In this document: one piece after another, positions 25,667 to 32,000 of the stretch
Numbering within the stretch: position 1 is the first letter of the stretch
Layout: each line of letters opens with the position of its first letter
Assembly (NCBI RefSeq): GCF_000195755.1
Contig: NC_002937.3
Location: 60,001 to 92,000, forward strand
Length of the DNA stretch: 32,000 nt
Direction: 5' to 3'
DNA from: Nitratidesulfovibrio vulgaris str. Hildenborough
Lineage (GTDB): Bacteria; Desulfobacterota; Desulfovibrionia; Desulfovibrionales; Desulfovibrionaceae
Position numbers and translations under genes: made by a program
The notes under the pieces: generated by a model
Seen by the model: only the letters and a program-made list of their open reading frames with translations
What the model was told of the DNA's origin: nothing
Databases searched by the model: none

Positions 25667-27021
25667 CAGTCGGACTCCAGAAGGTCGAGGCACAGGGTCC
25701 CCGCATCGGCGATGAGGGCGGCGAGCGTCGCCTCGTCGAGGGGGGGCAGTGCCTTGCGGGCGGCATGGTGCTCGTAGAGGGCGGCAAGGGCGGTTCGTGC
25801 CCCGGACATGCCGTCGGGCGATTGCAGGGCCTCCGTCGCGTTGCGAAGCGTTGCGCCCAGAAGGTCGTCACGGCGTAGCATGGCGTCCATGTCCACGTCG
25901 GGGCGCGTGTGCACCTCCATGTCCTTGACCCAGCACGGGGGAGTGAGGTCGGCCACCTCGCCTCGCAAGAGGTCGAGCAGGTCGGAGGCGTCGGTGGGGC
26001 GACGCAGCAGCCTGTCGAGCGGTCCGCGCCCCTCGAACACGAGGCGGATGACCATGCCGGTGCATCCCGCATGGGCCTCGGCTGCGGCCTCCTCGATGGC
26101 ACGCACCGTGCGGGCGACGAGGCCGTCCACATCGGCGAGGGGGGCATCATACGCGGAGGTCGCAGCGGTGGCTTGCCGGGGCGTGTCCGTCGGGGGGCGG
26201 CCTTTGCTTTCCATGGTGCGCATGGCTGGCTGCGGGCCGATATCTACACGTACCGCCTGCCACCGTATGGGGCCGAGGGGGCGTTCTTCGAGGACGATGC
26301 CCCCTGCCGCGTCGACCCGGACGAGGGTGCATCCGTGGTCGCCCTCTTCGCCGATGTGCAACCCCTGTGTGCTGCCGGGGTAGACGACGCGGGGCGTCTC
26401 GCACAGCACCTGACGCAGATGGATGTGCCCCAGCGCCCAGTAGTCGAGCCCTGTGGACGCGAGGTCCTCGACGGTACAGGGCGCGTAGCGCTGCTCGCCG
26501 TCTGCCGTGCCGATGGTGCAGTGCAGCACCCCCACCTGCGGGCAGGCATCTGCCGTGCGTGCGAAGCGGCGGGCGAGGTTGCGCGTTTCGCGCGTGCTGG
26601 CGTGGCTGATGCCGTGCACCAGCGCGATGGTCTCGCCGTCGCGGACGACGGGATGGACGCTCACATCCTCACCGAAGACCACCGTGCCCGAGGGCATCAC
26701 CAGCGAAGCGATGCGCGACGAGAGGGGGTCGTGGTTGCCGTGGGCGATGAAGACGGGAATGCCTGCCGCGTCGAGGCGTGCGCAGGCGTCGCGCAGGGCG
26801 ATCTGGGCACGCAGGCTGCCGTCCTCGTGGTTGTAGACGTCCCCGGCGAGGACGAGGAAGTCGGCCTGTTCGGCGAGACACAGTGCCACGAGGCGGTCGA
26901 GGGCGACGAACGTGGCGCTGTGCAGACGTTCGGCGAACGCGGGCGGCATGTCGGCACCGAGGCCGCCCGAAGCGGCATCGAGGTGCAGGTCTGCGGCGTG
27001 GACGAAGGTTATGGGGCGCAT
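25666..27021 (-). CDS. Mre11/SbcD-like metallophosphoesterase of the YhaO (SbcF) type, 451 aa
   Basis: Calcineurin-like phosphoesterase motifs appear in order: HAADLHLD, LAGDVYNHE, AHGNHDP, GVLHC, ALGHIH. It is followed by a ~180-aa C-terminal region of unknown fold. Confidence 0.85.
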   Translation of the reverse strand: MRPITFVHAADLHLDAASGGLGADMPPAFAERLHSATFVALDRLVALCLAEQADFLVLAGDVYNHEDGSLRAQIALRDACARLDAAGIPVFIAHGNHDPLSSRIASLVMPSGTVVFGEDVSVHPVVRDGETIALVHGISHASTRETRNLARRFARTADACPQVGVLHCTIGTADGEQRYAPCTVEDLASTGLDYWALGHIHLRQVLCETPRVVYPGSTQGLHIGEEGDHGCTLVRVDAAGGIVLEERPLGPIRWQAVRVDIGPQPAMRTMESKGRPPTDTPRQATAATSAYDAPLADVDGLVARTVRAIEEAAAEAHAGCTGMVIRLVFEGRGPLDRLLRRPTDASDLLDLLRGEVADLTPPCWVKDMEVHTRPDVDMDAMLRRDDLLGATLRNATEALQSPDGMSGARTALAALYEHHAARKALPPLDEATLAALIADAGTLCLDLLESD

Positions 27022-27463
27022 GGACGTTCCGGGGTTCGGGTGCTGCGTCCGCGCGGTGGCGCGGCATGGGCAACCTAGCACAGCCGCCCGCCGACCGGAA
27101 CCGTGCAGCACCGTGGGGAAAGCGGGGGAACAGGGGCAAGGGCATCTGCCGTTTTCAGGAGGATGTTGCTCCGTTTCACGACGGATAGTGGGCAGGTGTC
27201 CGGTTCGGCCCGGATGTCCTGTCCGGTCAGGACTCCCCCTGTCTCGTCTCTGTGCGTTGCGCACAAAGGCATGGCGTACCCGCCCCGTGTCACTCGTTCG
27301 TTCCGGATGCATTCCGAGGCGGCCCCTATGTGGTCAGATGTGGCCGCATGCGTCGCTTGGGGGGGCCGGAGTTCGTCGGGGATTCGCCCGGTGTACGCCC
27401 GGGGCCGTCCGGGGTGCGCAAGGCCCCGTTCCCGCCCGTGCCAGCTTCTGGTAGACGGAACAC

Positions 27464-28699
27464 ATGACAGCCGCCCCCGATCATCCGTCGCCCCCGGCAA
27501 CGCAGCCCGGTCATGCCCCCCGGTCTGCCCGGTGGGTCATGCACATCGACATGGATGCCTTCTTCGCCTCGGTGGAGCAGCTGGACGACCCGTCACTACG
27601 CGGACGCCCCGTCATCGTGGGCGGTTCGTCGGAGCGCGGGGTGGTGTCCGCTGCTTCCTACGAGGCGCGCCGTTATGGTGTGCGTTCGGCCATGCCCACG
27701 GTGACGGCGCGCAGACTCTGCCCGCACGGGGTGTTCGTGTCGGGGCGCAGGCACCGCTATGCGGAAGTCTCGCGCATGGTCATGGCGGTGCTGCACGACT
27801 TCTCGCCGGTGGTGGAACAGGCTTCGGTGGACGAAGCCTACCTCGACGCCACGGGGCTGGAGCGCCTCTTCGGCCCGGTGGACGAGATGGCGCAACGCCT
27901 CAAAGGGCGGGTGCGCGAGGCTACGGGGGGGCTCACCTGTTCGGTGGGACTCGCGCCCGTGAAGTTCCTCGCCAAGATTGCCTCCGATGTGAACAAGCCC
28001 GACGGCGTCTTCATCCTGCCGCCGGAGGATGTGGCGGCGTTTCTCGCCACGCTGCCCGTGGGGCGCATCCCCGGCGTGGGCAAGCGGATGCTGGAGTCGC
28101 TCGACCTGCTGGGTGTGCGCACGGCGGGCGATGTGCTGCGCCACCCGGTGTCATTCTGGGAACGTCGCTTCGGCAAGGGCGGGCTGGTGCTGTATGACAG
28201 GGCGCGAGGCATCGACCCCCGCCCCCTCGAACCATGGACGCCCCCCAAGTCGGAGAGTGCCGAGGTCACCCTCGCTGCCGATACGGCCGACCGCGCCGTG
28301 CTGCGCCGGTGGCTGCTGGCGCAGGCGGAGAGGGTGGGCGGTTCGTTGCGGCGGCAGGGGCTGGCGGGTCGCACCATCACCCTCAAGGTCAAATATGCCG
28401 ACTTCAGACAGCTGACCCGCAGCCGCACCCTGCCTGAACCCGTCTCCGCCACGCAGACCATCTTCGAAGAGGCGTGGGCCCTTCTTGAGGCACTCGACCT
28501 TGAGGCGAAGGTGCGTCTGGTGGGATTGGGGGTCTCGCATTTCGGCGGTGAACGGCAGATGAGCCTGCCCATCGGCGGCATGCCCCGCCGCGATGACACC
28601 CGCCGTGAACGGCTGGATGCCACACTGGACAGGTTGCGGGCGCGCTTCGGTGCCGGGGCGGTGATGCGCGGCGACCTTGTGGATTTCGGCGACGAGTGA
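27464..28699 (+). CDS. dinB: DNA polymerase IV (Y-family translesion polymerase)
   Basis: HIDMDAFFASVEQLDDPSLRGRPVIVGG, SYEARRYGVRSAMP, SVDEAYLD and KFLAKIASDVNKPDG are canonical DinB motifs. The start is either ATG 27464, which gives a 25-aa Pro-rich leader, or ATG 27539. Confidence 0.9.
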   Translation: MTAAPDHPSPPATQPGHAPRSARWVMHIDMDAFFASVEQLDDPSLRGRPVIVGGSSERGVVSAASYEARRYGVRSAMPTVTARRLCPHGVFVSGRRHRYAEVSRMVMAVLHDFSPVVEQASVDEAYLDATGLERLFGPVDEMAQRLKGRVREATGGLTCSVGLAPVKFLAKIASDVNKPDGVFILPPEDVAAFLATLPVGRIPGVGKRMLESLDLLGVRTAGDVLRHPVSFWERRFGKGGLVLYDRARGIDPRPLEPWTPPKSESAEVTLAADTADRAVLRRWLLAQAERVGGSLRRQGLAGRTITLKVKYADFRQLTRSRTLPEPVSATQTIFEEAWALLEALDLEAKVRLVGLGVSHFGGERQMSLPIGGMPRRDDTRRERLDATLDRLRARFGAGAVMRGDLVDFGDE

Positions 28700-29104
28700 C
28701 GCCGTCCCCGCGCGGCCTTGTGCCGGACGCCACGCCTCTTCGATACCCATGGTGGCAGGCGGCGTGGTATCCGTGGTAGTCTCGAGGTGGCGCATGTGGC
28801 GTCGGGGGCAGTAACCGTGGCGGTATTCGTGGATTTGCGGGGTGCGCCCTATGGACAACCGGGGCGCGTCGGCGTATCTGTCACGCCACGGAGAAGGGCC
28901 GCTCCCGGTGTGACGGAAGTCCCCGGTATGGCAGGCATGACGGCGCATTCGCCGTGGACTCCGTGCCGCGTCGCGCGTCGCGCGTGGCGACCCCGCGTGC
29001 GGGCTTTCCGGCCTCGCCCGCACATGCCCCCGCTTTGCGGTACGGGCATGTTCTGCTAGGCTTCTTCGGGCATCCCGCCCGAGACCCCAACCAGAGGTAC
29101 CCTG

Positions 29105-29884
29105 ATGAAAGTCATCATCATGTGCGGCGGCAAGGGAACCCGCCTCCGCGAAGAGACCGAGTTCAAACCGAAGCCCATGGTCGAGATTGGCGGTCGCCCC
29201 GTCCTGTGGCACATCATGAATATCTACGCCCGCGCCGGGTACAAGGACTTCGTCCTGCCCCTCGGCTACAAGGGCGAGGTCATCAAGCAATATTTCTACG
29301 ACTACCGGATGCGTAACAGCGACTTCACCGTCGACCTCGCCACCGGTGACGTGCGCACCCACGAGACGGGCTGCTGCACCGACTGGCGCGTGACCCTGTC
29401 CGACACCGGGCAGGAGACGCTGAAGGGCGCACGCATCAAGCGCATCGCCAAGCACATCGACACCGACCGCTTCATGGTCACCTACGGCGACGGCGTGTCG
29501 GACATCGACATCGCCAAGCTCGTGGAGTTCCACAAGAAGTCCGGCAAGATTGGCACGTTCACGGGTGTGCGCATGCCCTCGCGCTTCGGCGCGGTGCAGA
29601 CCGACGAGAACGGCAACATCCTGTCGTGGCAGGAGAAGCCGGTACTCAACGAGTACATCAACTGCGGCTTCTTCGTGTTCAAGCGCGAGTTTCTCGACTA
29701 CCTCGATGAAGAGGAGTCGTGCGACCTCGAGAAGCAGCCGCTGGAACGTCTGGCCGCCGAAGGGCAGCTTTCGATGTACCCGCACGAGGGCTTCTGGCAG
29801 TGCATGGACACCCTGCGCGACTACCAGAAGCTGAACGCCATGTGGGACAAGGGCGACGCGCCCTGGGCCCGCGGGTGGAAATAG
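29105..29884 (+). CDS. rfbF: Glucose-1-phosphate cytidylyltransferase
   Basis: MKVIIMCGGKGTRLREETEFKPKPMVEIGGRPVLWHIMNIYARAGYKDFVLPLGYKG is near-canonical for RfbF/DdhA. Length is 259 aa. Confidence 0.9.
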   Translation: MKVIIMCGGKGTRLREETEFKPKPMVEIGGRPVLWHIMNIYARAGYKDFVLPLGYKGEVIKQYFYDYRMRNSDFTVDLATGDVRTHETGCCTDWRVTLSDTGQETLKGARIKRIAKHIDTDRFMVTYGDGVSDIDIAKLVEFHKKSGKIGTFTGVRMPSRFGAVQTDENGNILSWQEKPVLNEYINCGFFVFKREFLDYLDEEESCDLEKQPLERLAAEGQLSMYPHEGFWQCMDTLRDYQKLNAMWDKGDAPWARGWK

Positions 29885-29893
29885 GAGCGGAAC

Positions 29894-31000
29894 ATGTTCG
29901 GTGACATCTATCGCGGCCGTCGCGTCCTCGTGACCGGGCACACCGGTTTCAAGGGGTCGTGGCTCACGGCATGGCTGCTGCACCTCGGGGCCGAGGTGGC
30001 GGGCTTCTCGCTGGACGTGCCCACCTCGCCCGCCAACTTCGAGGTACTCGACCTCTCTGGTCGCATCTCCGACCTGCGTGGCGACATCCGCGACCGCAAG
30101 GCCATGTGCGAGGCCATCGAGGGCTTCAAGCCCGACGTGGTGTTCCACCTTGCGGCGCAGGCGCTGGTACGCAAGTCGTACGACGACCCGGCGGGCACCA
30201 TCGAGGCCAACGCCATGGGTACGCTCAACGTGCTCGAGGCCGTGCGCTGCACGCCGTCCGTTCAGGCGGTGGTGTGCATCACCTCCGACAAGTGCTACCG
30301 CAACGACGAGTGGGTGTGGGGCTACCGCGAGACCGACCATCTGGGTGGCGAAGACCCGTACTCCGCCTCCAAGGGCTGCGCGGAAATCATCGCCCAGTCG
30401 TACTTCAAGTCGTTCTTCAAGAATGGCCCCCGCTGCGCCACCACGCGCGCGGGCAACGTCATCGGCGGCGGCGACTGGGCTGCCGACCGCATCGTGCCCG
30501 ACTGCGCCCGCGCATGGTCGCAGGGGCGCCCCGTGCCCATCCGCAGCCCGTGGGCCACGCGCCCGTGGCAGCATGTGCTCGAACCGCTTTCCGGCTACCT
30601 GTGGCTGGGGGCGAAGCTGCTGGTCGACGCCAAGGGGCCCTTCCCCCTTTCGGGCGAGGCCTACAACTTCGGCCCGGCTGCGGACGTGAACAACACCGTG
30701 GCCGAGGTGGTGGACGCCCTCGCCCCCTACTGGCAGGGCTTCTCCAGCGAGATGGACAGGGCCGGGCAGGCGGGCATGAAGGAATGCACGCTGCTCAAGC
30801 TGTGCTGTGACAAGTCGCTGGCCTACCTGCGCTGGCAGGCCACGCTCACCTTTGCCGAGACCATACGCTTCACGGCCGAATGGTACCGCGCCTTCTACGC
30901 ACCCACAGGCGGTGCGCAGGACATGTACGCCTTCACCATGGGCCAGATACTCGAGTACGCGGACAAGGCCCGCGCCAAGGGACTGGAATGGACGGCATAG
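29894..31000 (+). CDS. rfbG: CDP-glucose 4,6-dehydratase
   Basis: The Rossmann motif VLVTGHTGFKGSWL and the SDKCY...YSASK catalytic region are typical of RfbG/DdhB. AGGAGCGG Shine-Dalgarno upstream. Length is 368 aa. Confidence 0.9.
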   Translation: MFGDIYRGRRVLVTGHTGFKGSWLTAWLLHLGAEVAGFSLDVPTSPANFEVLDLSGRISDLRGDIRDRKAMCEAIEGFKPDVVFHLAAQALVRKSYDDPAGTIEANAMGTLNVLEAVRCTPSVQAVVCITSDKCYRNDEWVWGYRETDHLGGEDPYSASKGCAEIIAQSYFKSFFKNGPRCATTRAGNVIGGGDWAADRIVPDCARAWSQGRPVPIRSPWATRPWQHVLEPLSGYLWLGAKLLVDAKGPFPLSGEAYNFGPAADVNNTVAEVVDALAPYWQGFSSEMDRAGQAGMKECTLLKLCCDKSLAYLRWQATLTFAETIRFTAEWYRAFYAPTGGAQDMYAFTMGQILEYADKARAKGLEWTA

Positions 31001-31431
31001 CCGGGGTCGAGACGCAAGACCTGCGCATCATCCCCACCGACGGCGGGCCGGTGCTGCACATGCTGCGGCCCGACGCGCCCCTGTTCATGGGCTTCGGCGA
31101 GTTGTACTTCTCCGAGGTGCTGCCCGGCGCGGTGAAGGCGTGGAAGCGCCACACCCGCCAGACCCAGCATTTCGCCGTGCCGGTGGGACGCCTCAAGGTC
31201 GTCGTCTACGACGACCGCGAAGGGTCGCCCACCCGCGGGCGCGTGGAGGAACACATCCTCGGACGACCCGATGCCTACCGCCTGCTGCGCATTCCGCCGC
31301 TGGTGTGGTACGGCTTCACCGCCGTGGGTGATGTGCCCGCGCTCATATGCAATTGCGCCGACATCCCGCACGACCCGCAGGAGGGCGAGCGCAAGGACAG
31401 GGATTCCGCCGACATCCCGTACCACTGGTAG
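30988..31431 (+). CDS. RmlC-like cupin (dTDP-4-dehydrorhamnose 3,5-epimerase-like sugar epimerase/isomerase), 147 aa
   Basis: GELYFSEVLPGAVKAWKRH...GRLKVVVYDDREGSPTRG...LRIPPLVWYGF follows the RmlC-type pattern (SPT.G, IP.G..HGF-like). It overlaps the rfbG end by 13 nt. Confidence 0.7.
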   Translation: MDGIAGVETQDLRIIPTDGGPVLHMLRPDAPLFMGFGELYFSEVLPGAVKAWKRHTRQTQHFAVPVGRLKVVVYDDREGSPTRGRVEEHILGRPDAYRLLRIPPLVWYGFTAVGDVPALICNCADIPHDPQEGERKDRDSADIPYHW

Positions 31432-31764
31432 AATCCGTCGCGGCGGCGGTGCGGTGTCCCCTGCGGATGCCTGCCGTCGCCGCGTGTATCGGGCCCCTTC
31501 CGCAGAGTGGGCGCGGAGGGGACATGTCTGTGCCCCTTGCCGTCGTCTGCCGTGCCAGCCTGTTCCTCCCTGCCCGCCAGTAGCCTGCCCGTTCCGCATC
31601 GTCGCGCTGATGGCAGGCCAGCCGGAGGGCATCTGACAGGGCGGAATCAGGCGGGACAGCGGCGGCCTGACATCTTTCGACGATGCGCCTGCCGCGCGGG
31701 GCGCGGTACGCATCGGCCGGGGCAGGGCGCTTCGCCCGCAAGTCCCCTTTCATGAGGAAACGCC

Positions 31765-32000
31765 ATGAGCACTCCCCTCCGTCTTTCCCGTTCCATCGTC
31801 GGACAGGCCGAAGCCGAGGCCGTAAGCCGCGTCATCATCGAAGACGGCTACCTTGGCATGGGCAGTGAAGTGAAACGCTTCGAAGAGGACATCGCCGCCT
31901 TTCTCGGCGTGCCTGCGAACCATGTCATCACCGCCAACACCGGTACCGCCGCCCTGCACCTTGCCGTGCAGGCAGCCGTGGAACCGGGGCGCGAGGTGCT
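31765..32000 (+). CDS. DegT/DnrJ/EryC1/StrS-family sugar aminotransferase, 5' partial (runs off the window)
   Basis: My own translation from the ATG at 31765 gives MSTPLRLSRSIVGQAEAEAVSRVIIEDGYLGMGSEVKRFEEDIAAFLGVPANHVITANTGTAALHLAVQAAVEPGREV, the typical N-terminus of this PLP-enzyme family. GAGGAA Shine-Dalgarno upstream. It is absent from the ORF track because no stop codon falls within the window. Confidence 0.75.
   Translation, partial: MSTPLRLSRSIVGQAEAEAVSRVIIEDGYLGMGSEVKRFEEDIAAFLGVPANHVITANTGTAALHLAVQAAVEPGREV

Noticed and set aside
21549-25777. Plus-strand ORFs of 526 aa (21549..23129), 555 aa (24110..25777) and several shorter ones, all opposite the 1467-aa ATPase gene.
   Set aside because: They are extremely Ala/Arg/Ser-rich and lack motifs. 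They mirror the Ala/Arg/Glu codon bias of the real minus-strand gene.
28718-29059. A 113-aa plus-strand ORF and overlapping minus-strand ORFs in the dinB-rfbF spacer. Comparable ORFs occur in the 31432..31764 spacer.
   Set aside because: They are Arg/Gly/Pro-rich and lack a Shine-Dalgarno or any motif. These spacers are better treated as non-coding leader or promoter regions.
28151-30574. An 807-aa minus-strand ORF spanning the dinB 3' end, the intergenic region and rfbF/rfbG.
   Set aside because: It overlaps three plus-strand genes of certain identity and crosses a non-coding gap. The sequence is low-complexity and Arg/Ala/Gly/His-rich. It is an antisense artefact.
1-32000. A window-wide search for tRNA/rRNA genes, CRISPR repeats, IS elements or integrases, and long direct or inverted repeats.
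   Set aside because: I saw no T-loop-like GGTTCGAATCC-type sequences, no regularly spaced repeats and no transposase- or integrase-like ORFs. The scan was by eye, so short or degenerate elements could have been missed.

Overview
The window is a visibly GC-rich chromosomal segment; I did not compute the GC value. Gene content and protein style resemble a Desulfovibrio-like sulfate reducer, but that is inference only. I found no tRNA, rRNA, CRISPR array, transposase or integrase.

Gene order, left to right:
- dus and ispH, joined by an ATGA start/stop overlap.
- An orphan cheV.
- Efflux operon 1: TetR regulator, membrane-fusion protein, and an unusually long 1236-aa RND pump with no outer-membrane factor.
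- An AT-rich promoter island.
- Efflux operon 2: AcrA-like adaptor, AcrB-like pump, NodT/OprM-like outer-membrane factor, and a trailing MarR regulator.
- Two weakly paralogous beta-barrel outer-membrane proteins.
- A stand-alone CDA-fold deaminase.
- An ~850-bp gene-poor gap holding a 45-aa hydrophobic ORF.
- On the minus strand: a COG2403-type GTPase, a 1467-aa Rad50/SbcC-like (YhaN-type) ATPase, and an overlapping Mre11/SbcD-like (YhaO-type) phosphoesterase.
- A divergent dinB.
- The start of a CDP-hexose sugar cluster: rfbF, rfbG, an RmlC-like cupin, and a partial DegT aminotransferase.

Most of the window looks like ordinary core genome. The item I rate highest is the YhaO/YhaN-type nuclease-ATPase pair. 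The ATPase has a 64-residue uncharged, double-transmembrane-like segment mid coiled coil, and the pair sits head-to-head with dinB.

Secondary items:
- A ~180-aa insertion in the first RND pump.
- The tandem beta-barrel proteins.
- A perfect 13-bp inverted repeat abutting the tetR start.
- A sigma54-like promoter in front of the small ORF.

Many long ORFs in the six-frame track are antisense artefacts of the high GC content and were rejected.
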